From: Octopus sinensis
Taxonomy: Eukaryota
Assembly (NCBI RefSeq): GCF_006345805.1
Contig: NW_021829623.1
Coordinates: forward strand, 1 to 31,196
Direction of reading: 5' to 3'
DNA length: 31,196 nt
Shown here: one piece after another, positions 1 through 12,205 of the stretch
How the letters are laid out: the number at the start of each line of letters is the position of its first letter
Position numbering within the stretch: position 1 is the first letter of the stretch
Program-made: the position numbers and the translations under genes
Notes under the pieces: generated by a model
The model's input: only the letters and a program-made list of their open reading frames with translations
The model's database searches: none
What the model was told of the DNA's origin: nothing

Positions 1-762
1 CAGTCCTAAGTGGGTTCACATGACGAAGTAAATTTAGATGGAATGTATCACGTGCCAAAAATCCATTTATCAACATCATTCCGTTATTTTAGTTAGCGAC
101 ATCTTAATTAATCAATGGCATTTACCTGGTAGAGAAATTAGCTTATTGGCTCTGATTTTTAAACTTTGGGAGAGAAGAGGGCATATAGGAGTTTATGAAC
201 TCAATGTCCTCAGAGTCCAGCCCGTGTGGTTAGTAATACTGGCAAGATTTGTGAGAGATTAAATATTCGAAACATTTTGTAATAGAATTATTTTCAATGC
301 TAATTGATTATTTTCTTATTATATATATTAATAAATAATTGTATTTTAAATTATAAACATACATTGAATTTTTTTCCTTGTGAGGTGTGATGAAACGTTC
401 AAAGCAATGACTGTGGGGTCCGTGGCCTATATTAGCCAGTTAACAAATAACCTAAATCATGGCATAAGCCATAGCAATCTCTATACAGGTGACATCTGAG
501 GAGTAATATTCAGTTCAGAAGTTGTACATCCGGAGATGTCGAATGAAATGTCCTGCCAAATAGCACACTCTTGACATAATTATTAAAGGCAATCCCAACC
601 GATGCTGTGCTCGAATCTAGTGTGGGTGGCCGAGGGGAATACCAAGTGGCTGGGACCTAGTTGTTAAGCCAGCGAAGTCTTTGAACTCTCGGCTTGTGTC
701 CATTATGGGCTACACATAGTGTGGGAAAGCTCAATATGTCCATAAATGCAGTCTTGAATTAC
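1..762 (-). CDS. SAMHD1: SAMHD1-like HD-domain dNTP triphosphohydrolase; N-terminal part, runs off the window, many indels
   Basis: Minus-strand frames stitch to VIQDCIYGHIEL..QRLRWL.QLGPSHLVFPSATHTRFEHSIG | VCYLAG..EIA.GLCHDLG | HGPHSHCFERF..EDIEFI..DVDKW..LARDTFHL, collinear with SAMHD1. Mini-introns at 570-599 (30 nt) and inside HDL-G-HGP (25 nt). A possible start ATG lies at 853. Confidence 0.88.
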
Positions 763-1030
763 CTATTCTTTTTAATTTATTCTTTTTATTAGTTTTGATA
801 TAATTTTAATAATAACAAAAAGCAAAACTAATAAAGACAGACTTTTTGTACATCAACAAACAATAAAAATTTTATTAGGAGCTGACCTTTATATCTTTTA
901 TATTAAATTATATAATATGTGATAAAAAATATCTTGATGATTAAAAAACAAATTATACAGGTCAAATAAGTGACTTTAAAAGATAATCGAAATTTTTTTA
1001 TCCTTTGTCACAGCTAGTGTAACATATCAG

Positions 1031-1130
1031 CTTGATGGTAGAAACACATATGACTATCGTAAGTCACGCCGAGGATTTTCTGGGATTTTTTTAAGAGGAT
1101 TTCCGTGTTGTTTAGATTTTCACTTTTAAG
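1031..1130 (+). pseudogene. possible RRP45/EXOSC9-like N-terminal fragment
   Basis: LDGRNTYDYR resembles EXOSC9 LDGRQTYDYR and follows a 24-nt gt..ag segment. The similarity does not clearly continue. Confidence 0.3.
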
Positions 1131-1244
1131 TGAATTTCACTAGGTATATTTTCCTGGAAAGGGGGTCAAAAGCCTTATTGGATATACACTGAGCACATAA
1201 CCGTAATGCGATCACTAATGAAGCTTCAATTTAGTCAGGTAATT

Positions 1245-1375
1245 AATCGGGTCCCGCATTTCTGCTATCACAGGCGATCGCCCGCGATATCAAGATGGTT
1301 TTGAGCGGATATCCCTTGCTATAGTACGCTCTAATTCTTTCTCGATCGGCGTCGGCTTCCCGTCTATGAGCTTTC
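1245..1375 (+). mobile_element. CRE-type non-LTR retrotransposon, extreme 3' fragment
   Basis: IGSRISAITGD..FERISLAIVRSNSFSI parallels QRVSLAIVRGN in the 21.4 kb copy. Confidence 0.65.
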
Positions 1376-1534
1376 GAACACTTGACGAATTCTTTTTTTT
1401 TCGTAACCACAATAATATATATTTGTTAATTACTTAGTTTATATAATAAATAAATTACGCGATATAAAATTTCATTCAATTTACTCTCTCTGTGTTAGTC
1501 GCATGGTAAATTAGCATTGCATAGTTTACAGATC

Positions 1535-2255
1535 AACACCGTGTCGCTTGCCTCCGTGCAGGTCGCTGTGAAGCAGCGTGGTTCTGGTTTTAAAGGCTCT
1601 CCCTCTCCCTTCCATCGGGAACCTGTTGGACAAGGAATGCTAGAATTGCAATCTCCCTCCGTGTCGGGCTGAAAATCTGCCAGAGTCGCAAAAATGCAGT
1701 TGTGGGGGAACTGTGGACAGTACGGTTTGCATCCCCTCGCTTGCCGGCGGTAGTGCGGTTCGTTGCCCCCCCGTCACAGTGAATCAAACTCAGGCGCAGA
1801 GAGCCCTCGCCTCAGCAGGCAATCCCGATTATCCTTGAACCTGTTGGATTGGATAGAGGGGATGGCAACGCCCTGACGGCATGTCCACCTTCCCCTACGA
1901 GCAGGGGAAATCCCTTATTTGGGATTCTACTGCTCGGACACGTTTCTCGCTGGGAAATCTCGCGCTGTCCGCCGCCAATCCTGGGACGCTTCCAGGAAGC
2001 CGAGGAATGCGAAAGATTTCAAGTACGGCACCTGTCCAACTCGCTGCGTCTTTACTCCAAATGCCTTGGAGTCCTCCGGAATCTCGGTCCCAAGACACTC
2101 CGATTCCTTCGCTCGCTCGGTCGACGGATTCAAGGACTAGTCACGTCCAAGAGAGTTTCTTGGTCCTGGAACGTCTTTCGATTGATGTGATCCGAGGAAC
2201 GTCTTCGCCATTCGCGCGGCTGGTCGGGTGTCTCGTGAGGCCTTTAAACTAAACT
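1535..2255 (+). mobile_element. CRE-type non-LTR retrotransposon 3' fragment (zinc knuckle plus restriction-like endonuclease), heavily frameshifted
   Basis: RIAISLRVGLKICQ, RALASAG, RPDGMSTFPYEQGKSLIWDST, ALESSGI, LERLSIDVIRG. GC-rich relative to the flanks and homologous to 21352-21800. Confidence 0.85.
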
Positions 2256-2371
2256 TAGCTAACTAACTTAGGAATCTTTTGACATACATTGTTGTCTTGT
2301 TACAAAAAAAGTTACAGATTATTCTAAAAATTGTGGCTAATATAAATGATAAAAATGATCTTTTCTGAACC

Positions 2372-3360
2372 ATGGGGTTAAATAATTTGGAATGTGCTGT
2401 GTACATGCCCGTAATCTCATCAGTAAGCGACTACTCATATTCTCTTAACCAGGAATATTTTAATTTGAATAATGTGACTTTGAATAATATATTTTTAGAC
2501 GATTTAATAATAAAGATAATCTCTTGTTACAATATATTTTCAAAAATGAAGATGAACGTGTTAATTTTTGGCACTTAAAAGTGCGAATGATAATATTTAA
2601 ACCAGTTATAAATACGTATTAAATATTTTTAAATAGAATCCTGATCATCTGTGGACAATTTTATATTTGCTTATGAATCTTTTTACAAAAAGTTTTATCA
2701 TACTTGTTTCAAGTTTCGGAATTCATTGAGTTTTATCAAAGTGATCCAAAAATTTTGTTAAAAAATGGTTGATTGATGTATTTATTTTATTTTTAAGGAC
2801 ATTTTGAAATGTTTTTTTACTATATGTATCAATCTTTTGATCCACTCTTCAAATTATTCAGTTTGATAATCTTATTCTTGGAATAGGAAAATTTAAAAAA
2901 AACGTTTTTTAATAAGAATAATTTATTTAATTTTAGATAATATGGAGAGATTTATAAATGAAATAATTACTTTCTTTAACGAATTGTATTCCACTTTTCC
3001 TCTAATAATGATTGAAGAATATTCTTTCTAAATTTGTTGACCTTAGTTATCAATCGTAAGTATATTGTATTTTTAATAGCAGAATCGGGGATTTGTAATT
3101 CAATGAAAGCTTCAATTGCTTCACATAGGGTGTGGAATCCAATGAAGATATTTATCCAAAAAAATTGGGGAGATAAATATTATCACAGATTGGAAATGAT
3201 CATTGATTTTGCAAATCGAATAAAAATAGATGTAAATTATTACATTCAACGTTTATTTCACTTTCAAATTGCTGTAAAATACTTCCTGAACTTTTCAATG
3301 AATACTGCACGTCAAATATAATTACAAAAGAATGTTCGATTCATCCTTAATATTAGTTAA
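2372..3360 (+). CDS. hypothetical multi-exon protein
   Basis: Open stretches separated by 24-33 nt gt..ag segments (e.g. gtaagtatattgtatttttaatag near 3056). No recognised family. Confidence 0.4.
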
Positions 3361-3426
3361 AAAATTTTCCTGATCATTTTTTAATACAATTCTTATTACT
3401 AACAAATAGTGCTATAAGAAACCCAA

Positions 3427-5950
3427 ATGTTAGAGTTTTCGAATGAAAAAGACATTACAAACGAATCAACAAAAAATCAAGTAAGAATAGTTAAAAAATA
3501 AACACAAAAATCATAATAATTGGAATAATTATAACTAGAATTTGACGAATTCTATCGAATGAATGTGATACAAATTACCCAGGATTTGCTAAATTCAGAA
3601 AAGAGTAACAAAGTGCCACCTGAAGCTCGGGAACAAATAAGCGCAGATAAATGGATACATAAATATGGGTTAGTCAACAATAAGCTGTCATGGGACTTTA
3701 TTCTTAAAAAAATTTGGATTCAAAAAAGCGAGGAATATGTTTACTCTTTGAAAAAACCAGTCTGTTCTCGATACAATATATACTTGTTTGTAGAAGTTTT
3801 TTCTTCAATCGACGGTAGAACATTTAGCGTGACAAGAGATAACAAAAAAATGTTATATTTATTTAATAAATTGAAAAAAATTCAAGAACTATATCAAAAA
3901 CGCATCGAATGGCTATATTCCGGTAGTCGAAGAGTTTTTTGCTTAATTGTTGAAAATTTTGTGATTATTGTCTTTGAGGTGAAAACTCAATCTTATGAAA
4001 AATTAACCTATATAAAGCCGTAGCCACAGATATAATAAAAAGTCAACTAATAAATATAAATAAATTTAATCTAATCTGGTAAAATTTTGGAATTAATTTA
4101 AGGGTTGCAGCTAAACCGATTGTATTTTCAAAAGAAATAGTTCAGTCAAATCGAACAAATATAGAAAAGGCTATTAAATGGATTGAGAACAAGAATTCTT
4201 TACCAGAAAGGAATGTAGAATACACTTTCAAAGCATTAGAATTGGCTGCAAATGAAAATGTTTAAATTTAATATTTGAATCTTAGACCGAGGCAATTTAT
4301 TTATTCACTGAAGGAGACTCATCTCAAAACTGTTCAAATTTTATTAACGATAGGTTTTAATTTAAGTCATATATCTGAATAATTATTAGTTAAAAAACAA
4401 TATTGTTCTAATGTTTGTCTTAGTTGTATTGTTTATTAATTCAATATAAACTTCTCTGTAATAAGCGAGCTAAGAGAATTGGCCAAATTGACGAAAGGAA
4501 GGTTTGATTGATCGTGATTATATAAGCTAATTAAGTGTCGTGGCTGCACCTCGGATTGCAAGCGAGTTACCTCGCAGATTGCGATCGATATCCTCTGGTA
4601 AAGCCAGCCGATTTGGCGGTGGTCCTTCGTGCACTTGTGGACGCACTTCCCAATTTCGTTCAGGAGCGACACTCCGGTCGCCCCTATCACTCCACTTGTC
4701 TCCACAGCAATCGGGACAAAGTGGCAATTTGGTGGGAGAGAGGCGTATTTCTTCCGCTTCGTCTCCTCAGCCCGACGGGAAGCGAAGCCGGGGGAGGACG
4801 CAGACTGAGCAACGGTCCCGGGGGCAAAGGTGTCCGCTGGTTGAAAGAGACGAGTTATTATTACTTTGGCAGGATAATTGAAAGTCGAATATTTATTTTG
4901 GTCGATATTTCTCTCTCGATGAAAGAATATATGAAAAATGTGTACAAACTACTATTCCGCGTATTAAATATATATACAAATTAATATTAAATCTTAAGGA
5001 GCAGATATTAATAGTGGGAAAAATTTCAATATTATTGCATTTAACACGAAGTATCATATATGGAGAAATAATTTCACATTCCCTACACCTGATGAAATCA
5101 AATTCTCTTAATTGGCTAAAATCTATTGAAATGGCGGGTCGACATATAATAACCTCCATTAACGAACGCGATATATAACAATGCAACAGAAACCGTTTTT
5201 CTTTTATCCGACGGACGCGTTTTAACGAGTCTGTCGATGAAATTCTTTCTAGCTTGAGCGGAAGACATAATTTGAGAATAATACAATCTCATTTAATATG
5301 GATAATTCACCCCCAAATCGACTTTTATATGAACTATCTTTCAAAGCTAGTGGTGTGTGCGCAACTTTTGTCCTTCAAAATCACTCCAGAACATTGAGAG
5401 TATGATTTTATAACAAAATATATAAAATAAAAAGTTGACTAAAAATTCCCGAAAAGTAAAATATTGAAATTTTTATCGTCATAGAACGAGGATGTTGCTG
5501 AACTCTGCCGAGAATTAACAAAATGTATGAAAAATATCAGTACTATGAAGCAGCATTAGAGAACAGTGTGTGAAGTTTGTAGCGAGGTGTAAAATCAAAT
5601 AGGAAATCTCAACGGAAGATCATAAATATTTAATTCTACAAAGTTATTTACAACAGTAATTTTTTAGTATTGAGCGTGTGGAAGAGAAAGTAGATAAAGA
5701 TCAAAATAGTTTTTTTTAATACTGCTTATAAAACAGGGGCTGAAATAGTTTTGTTTTCAACGAATTGGTAGAAATAATGAAAAATAAGTTTATAAAAAAT
5801 TAAAACAGAATTTCAATTTTTTTGGTAGTAAAGAAGCAGTGTGGAAAATCATAGAAGTTGTAAATTAGGAAATGAAATTTTTCGGCTTTATATAACTATA
5901 TTCTAAGTCTTTACTTATATTGTACATAGAAGCACGATTATTGATAAAGC
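3427..5950 (+). CDS. VWA3B: VWA3B-like von Willebrand A domain protein, interrupted at ~4510-4837; 3' end uncertain
   Basis: ISADKWIHKYGLVNNKLS..EEYVYSLKKPVCSRY..DGRTFSVT..YQKRIEWLYSGSRRVFCLIVENFVIIVFEV matches the VWA3B N-terminus. Later EAIYLFTEG, LRELAKLTKGR, WLKETSYYYFGRIIESRIFILVDISLSM and LSDGR match the vWA domains. Mini-introns throughout. Confidence 0.82.
4520..4837 (-). mobile_element. CRE-type retrotransposon 3' fragment, antisense inside VWA3B
   Basis: ADTFAP..AEETKRKKY..FVPIAVETSGVIG..LYQRISIAI.RGNSLAI. GC-rich block with sharp borders. Confidence 0.85.
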
Positions 5951-6347
5951 AAACTGAAATATTATTCTGGAAAAATAACTATCTAAAAGGTCATATTTAA
6001 CTTCAAAGAAGCATATTTATGTTTTATTTTTTGACAACAGTTATTTGTAATCAAACAGGTCTATGGCGAATATTAACCGATTCTTGTAATGTTGAGAACG
6101 AGTATCTACAGTCATAACATATCTGCTTTCAGTTGTCTCAACATCTCCCTTGGTGTTGAAGATCTTTTAACAGGCCTGACCTTCCGACGCTGGAATCGAC
6201 AGTCCAACTAAGTTACTTTCGAATAGTCCCAACTTGTTTAATAATTAATTATGATAATTTTTATTTTTAATTAAAATTGAATTCTATATAAAATAAATAT
6301 TGTTGATTACGAGATATAGTTGTTGTTGTGGGTTGGTTGTTAATTTG

Positions 6348-8620
6348 ATGGACACTTTTTCGAATAAAAAATACAAAAAGTACCTAAAATGCATAAAAAA
6401 CACCAAAATTCCTTCAAAAATCAAGCTTTGTTATTTAAAACGTCTTGAACTATATTCCAGAGATTATAACTCGAAAAAATCCTTCTTGGTCCATCAAGGT
6501 CCCGATTTATTTCTCCAATTCCTTCCAACTCGTCAGACGATCAAAAACATTTACGTTCTGGAACTTTAAGATCAATTCAAAATATTTTCCCAATCCTACC
6601 AAATGTACTTTTATTAATATTTTTATAGAATTCCTTGTACAGTTAATTTCAAAAATAGGTAATTTATATACATAAATATTATTTTTAGCTCAATTTATAA
6701 CCGAATGGAATGGCGAGGAAAACTTGATTTTGTTGATAAAATTTATATCGGTTTTTATAAAATCTACAAAAAATATAAATTTATTTTTTACCCAAATAAC
6801 TTCTTGTTTTAATTTTATACTCAAATTATGCATTTCAGTTGATTCTTCCTCTAATTTACTCAGGCACTCCCTATCAGTCTTAAGGTAAAATTTTCAAAAT
6901 AAACATCAAATAGTAAATTAATTAAATTTAAAAAACTTTCTCGTCATATTATACAAACTTGTCCTGATTTAACACCTTTGTTTGTCCGTAGTGATTCAAT
7001 TAAGATTAGATTGGTCAAAATTATTAATGAACTAATTAAAAGGTAATAAAAAATGATAAATATAGATATTATGGTTTAAATTGGGAACATAATGATTATG
7101 GTTCTGATTGCCGTGGAGTGACACAAAGTTGGACAGATTTCCTGACTGATGGGGTCGTTGGGAGTATTTATAATGCTCTTCAAGAGTCTGAAAATGTTTT
7201 TTTAGTTAGAATATGTTTTATGTTTTTCTTTTGCTTGCATTTAAAGGAGAATATAGTTGTAATCTATTTAGATCACTGAATAATATTGATTTGTGTTTTT
7301 TTGATGAGAAGGATGACGTTCCTTCCATTAATTGTGTCAATTTTACTTATAATTTTTACGATCAATTGATTGCTTATATTTTAAAAAATATATTGGGGCA
7401 CTTCTATGAGTATTTGTAGTTGTTGGTCGGCGCTGGTTTATCTTTTTGAGGCCCACAATAAAAAAATTTTACCAAAGTTTCATTTTGTTGTATTACTCTC
7501 GATATTTTATGATAAAAAATGCTGACTCTAAAGTTTTTTTGACTCAAGAATTTGTAAATAAATTAATTTTAATTCTCAGCGAGTCTTTTGATTTCCCGAT
7601 GATATGAAATGCTCATTTTCTTATATATATCCTTCTAATAAACCAAAATCGTCACTTTTTGTTTGTCCGAAAAAAATCGAAGGCTGTTTATGTTGTTTTG
7701 CTATTCGTTATGATCACGATCAAGTTCCAATAGCTATCAGAGTGCTCAATACACTGAAGAAAATAGTTATTTCTAATCCGCCTTGCCTTCCATTGGGACT
7801 TTGTAAGTTTTTTCTAAATTTTTTTCTCTGTTGTGCCGAACGTTCGGAGTTTTCTGACATTTTTACAGCTCAATATTTTTACCAGTTCACTAATTTGTGC
7901 ATTATTTATCGACATGTTATGAAATCTCTTCGAATTAACGTTTCTGGAATCGAACATTTTCATTATTCACCAAGAAAGAGTACTCTGGCATTTCAAAATC
8001 CAATTATTCACATGAAATTAATCTATGGAGATATTGTCACTAGTCGTCTACAAATTCAAAAAAGTCATATTATGTTTGGAAATTGTCGCTACAGTTGTCA
8101 CGTGGATGATCCAATAGAATTAGAATCTGAGAATGGAACTGTAACGTGCTCTTTAATGATTTATCCAAAATAAGTTTATTATTCCAAAGATTGTTTAATT
8201 CTGGAATGCAAGAAATGCAATTTCGGAAGTGCTATTTGGCAGAAGAGTATCAAGTGATTTGGCTTGGCTCATATTTCAACTGGGTGTTTATCGTCCAAAT
8301 GTTTTTTGGGAGGAATGGAGAGTATTGATCGCTTAAGACTGTACAAAGTGTTTGTGGCTGCTGATAAATATTGCTTAAATAATGATATAGTAAGTCAATT
8401 GGGACAATTTATTTTTGAAAATATTGAAAATGACTCGAAAATTGGTTGAATTAGTTGGACTTTCTTTTTCATCTCCTCGCTTTTTGGAATCAATTTGCGT
8501 TTTTGTTTTGACTTCGAGCGCTCTTGTTTCCATGTCGTTTTGAACGCTTGATTGCAAAATATGGTTTGCAACCCAATTTTATGAATTTTTATCTTCTTTT
8601 ATTATTCAAAACTTTGGTGA
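6348..8620 (+). CDS. ARMC5: ARMC5-like protein with C-terminal BTB domain (multi-exon, a few indels; ends approximate)
   Basis: PIAIRVLNTLKKIVISNPPCL resembles ARMC5 PRALRILSRLTCNPACL. BTB-like segment LSKISLLFQRLFNSGMQE..AHISTGCLSSKC..VFVAADKYCL. Short gt..ag introns in 6600-7600. Confidence 0.55.
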
Positions 8621-8779
8621 TTCAAATTGAATTTATTATGAAATTATTTTTTGACTTTACTTTAAAAATCTATGATGATTGATAACATCAAGATCTAATT
8701 CACATTTAGGGCTACGAATTATTATAATCGAATAGGGCTTATATTTTTCAACGTAAATTATTTTGAAAAATGCTATATA

Positions 8780-9060
8780 CAGGGTATTTCATTAATATAT
8801 CCTCTAATTCATAAATAAATCCTCTTATTCCAAATATATTATATTTAAAATATCGTATAATTTCATCAAATATATCTCTTATTTCATAAATAATCGTATA
8901 TTATACAGGGTATTCATTAATATATTTTCATTATAAATATATCCTCTAATTCATAATAAATCCTCTTATTCCATAAATATATTCTTATTCATAAATATAT
9001 ATTATAAATATATTGTCATAAATATCCTCTATGTCTAAATATTTCGTATATTATAAATAA
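8780..9060. repeat. tandemly duplicated transposon terminus with AT-rich sub-repeats
   Basis: ta|CAGGGTAT(T)TCATTAATATAT occurs at 8780 and 8906, and an aatatatcctct(a/t)attc-like motif recurs about 6 times. Confidence 0.7.
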
Positions 9061-9149
9061 TTATATATGTAGTAATTCGTAGAATGTTGTATGTCGTACG
9101 TATATTTCAAGTTCTTAAACAAACAAAAACTTTAATTAAAAAACAAATG

Positions 9150-10108
9150 TTAATTAATTCTGTTAATAATCGCATTCACTCTATTCCAAAATGACCGGTA
9201 GTACTCGGTAAACATTGAATTAGAAAAAAGCGATTGTATAACATCTTTTAAGTTTTCTTTTAAAGCCTTCTGATTCATAGCTCTTGGACGTATTGAATTC
9301 AGATTCGCCTTTATTGTACCAAATACATTTTCGATAGGATTTAAGTCAGGTGAATAAGGAGGTAAAAACAAATACTCAACACTATGTGTTTCGAAAAAAT
9401 TAACAACATTTGAAGAATGATGAAATTTAACATTATCTAAAATTATCACAGAATCATCAGTGAAAATTCCTTTTGTAAAACATTCATTGATAAACTCAGA
9501 AAAAATAATTGTGTTGTACGCACCATCAATATTTTAGAAAGTTCTATTCCCATTATGGATATTATTGAACACAACGATATATTTTCCCTTTGATGCAGGT
9601 TGATATAGAATCGGATCATGATTTACTTTTGCATATCCATAATTTGTTGAGGTATGCAAATTAAATCCGGATTCATCCAGAAATAACCAGTTTCTGGTTC
9701 TAAATCCAGATACCGTTAAAAGAAAGTCATTCTTTTGTCAATATTACTTTCTGTTAATAATATATTAGATTTTTTCTTAAGTCTTTTTCTTTTCAGTCCT
9801 GCTTCTTTAACGTCTCGACATAACTGTGGCAACGAAATATTTTTGGCAAGTTTTTGCTTTAGCCCCACTTGAGTTAAAGAATTGTCATTTCCAAGAATAT
9901 TCCGAATTTCAGAAAACAAGCTTAATTTGTTTGCCTTTTTGCGTCCAGACTTCTGAAACAATTCCACATATGAAGCTTCGTCTTGACAATTTTGAATTTT
10001 TTGATTGTTTTATTTATTGGGATTCATGTAGTAAAGTTATATTGGATAGTTATTTTGTAGTTTTCTCTAGATAAAATCTATTTATTGTCTCAAATTTTCT
10101 TGTGTCAT
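9150..10108 (-). mobile_element. IS630/Tc1-type DD34E transposase, frameshifted
   Basis: [43 protein letters not shown], with 34 residues between the second D and E. Only the 3' terminus (8780/8906) is visible. Confidence 0.9.
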
Positions 10109-10379
10109 TGAAATTCTAGATTTTCTATTCATGATAGTTTTATGTGCACAATAAAACGATATATTGTAAAATAAGTTTGCTGACTTTGTCTTTGAAAGCA
10201 TATCTTTTTAACATTAAGGAGTCCATAATTGAATACATTACTCCTGCACATACAAGTACACACAGATAACCTACTCCCTCTAAAGTTTGATAAGGATCTA
10301 ACATTGTATTAATTTATTGGTGTTGTAAAAAGTGTTAAAATATTAATCGATGGGAGGGCCAGCGGCCTGACGGATCGCC

Positions 10380-10790
10380 AAACTGTTCTCGAGGACATTT
10401 GTTGCTGACTTTCTGGATTTATCTCCAAGCCAACAAATATTCGTGAATAACTTATTCCCTGAATCAAACCATCTTTCTCATTCTCCAAATATTTTTATTT
10501 CTTTATCTCCTTCCTCCAGTATTCTGGGTTAAAATTTAGTCAATTTCTGACTGTCACGTGACATTCCCTGCAAGAAAACAGATCTAATTATTATTGACAG
10601 CGATTGCTCTTATTCTACAACTGGAGGACTTGTTCTCACGAAAGCAATTTTCTAAGTCTAGTTGGAGCTCCGCACTAACCCGCCTTCGTTTTGTGGATGT
10701 GTGTATCTGGTAGGAGCATCCAACCAATAGGAAGCCGGATGTTAGCCTGGCCGTGGAATGGTGGTTAATGATAATCCCCGTCAAACCAAT
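10380..10790 (-). CDS. putative small multi-exon gene divergent from the homeobox gene
   Basis: Minus-strand gt..ag segments of 22, 31 and 28 nt splice to HIHKTKADLENCFRENKSSSCRIRAIAGMSRDKYWRKEIKK. No family recognised. Confidence 0.3.
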
Positions 10791-10986
10791 TAGTGATCAA
10801 AGGTCTTACGTCAAACTAGTGAATGAAAGGTCGCGTATTAATAAGGCTGCGTGATCACGACTATTGATTGTACTATTGCACATGCAAAAAATGAGTCCTT
10901 GAATGGTTTGTTGCGTGTCAAAAATATTTCGGTCGCGGTCGGCTCCTGTCGACTTATAAGTCATAGCCGTCAAGTTGTGGCACGAA

Positions 10987-11604
10987 ATGTCGAATCGTGA
11001 GCAAAACAACTCGGAGGTTGGTATTGCTATGCTTTGACATGTCACTGATATGAGTTAATCTTTTCAGTTTCCAAATCAAGTCGAGTCGAGCAAGTATGGC
11101 ACGTGAGTAACCCCTTAGATTGCACGGAACGGAGGCTTCCCCTGAATGTGAAAATGTGTGGCCTTATTATTGCAGTGAGCAACACTCGGAAACCGCGAAA
11201 GAAGCGAGGAATGTTTCCGAAGGACGTCATCCTCAAGTTGAGGACGTGGCTGTGTGTGCACATGGAGGTGAGTATTGGCTGCCACGGTCGTAGCATCCTT
11301 ACCCGACGGAGGACGAGAAGCGCGAGTTGTCTGAGCAAACAAAGCTGACAATTCTGCAGGTGAACAATTGGTATTGTGCCCCACTCAACTCAGGTTCATC
11401 AACGCCCGACGACGGGAGTTGCCTCGAATGGTGAAGGGGGCAGTCCCCCCAACCTACCCTGTCCCCAGTCGTCCAGCCGAATCATTCGAGTACCATCAGT
11501 TTGTGGTCCCCCCAGTGCTTCCCTTGATACCCCATCCGTACTTCCTGGAGTACCCTGAACCCCCTAGTCAGTGGAATTGTTATGACTCGTTTTTATATCG
11601 ATGA
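10987..11604 (+). CDS. TALE-class (Meis/Homothorax-like) homeodomain protein, ~155 aa
   Basis: Spliced homeodomain [23 protein letters not shown] | [26 protein letters not shown] | FINARRR, with introns 11268-11293 (26 nt) and 11371-11393 (23 nt). Upstream introns 11017-11067, 11094-11118 and 11148-11175 give an in-frame ATG at 10987 (less certain). Confidence 0.9.
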
Positions 11605-11618
11605 TATTAGTGTTAGTA

Positions 11619-12205
11619 CTACATCCGAGATATAGTCTTGACTAGACTTTTAATATTCCCCTCACCCGCCTCACGACTGCGCTGTCTCGCCTCGATTTGG
11701 TCCCTGAGTCGAATGATGTCATCGGGAATGGTGTGGAGGAGGAAGGGGGTGTCTCGTGGGGGACTAGAGAGTGCACACTCCTTCACTATTCCATCATCAG
11801 TCTGTAAACACTCTGATTCGGGCACTCTCTCCAGCACTCCCTCGGGAACACCCTCAGGCACTCGTTCTAATCCCTCCTCACATTGTTGCACTACTACTTC
11901 CTTGGATGTCCCCTCACTCTGTCCCTCGGGCACTCTCTCCAGCACTCCTCGACCTTCTCTTCGCAAATTTTTAGGCGCAGCTTCTTTTGGATTTTTTGAT
12001 TTTGCAGAGGCTTTTTTGTGGGACACTTGTTGATGTCATATTTATCAATCATCAGCACTTTGTCCCCTTCCTGCAGTCCTGACATTTCCGCTGGACTTTG
12101 AGGGACGATGTTCGAGATGCGTTGACTCTTTGTTTCCTCGTCCTCAATCAGCCCAAACCCGAACCCCTCCTTGCACGCATCCAAGTTGAGTAAAATCTCC
12201 GTCAT
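11619..12205 (-). CDS. PDZ-domain protein with a low-complexity repeat tail; frameshift(s) in an A-rich stretch near 11960-12030
   Basis: EGFGFGLI..ISNIVPQSPAEMSGLQEGDKVLMID..(V)SHKKA is a PDZ signature. The tail carries LERVPE(G) three times. Confidence 0.8.

Noticed and set aside
10584-10700. Second homeodomain in KRRRVSAELQLDLENCFREN
   Set aside because: No helix-3 WFxNxR follows in any frame or splice form I could build.
11042-12033. Overlapping antisense ORFs in the GC-rich island and in the CRE copies
   Set aside because: These are shadow frames of real coding sequence where stop codons are rare.
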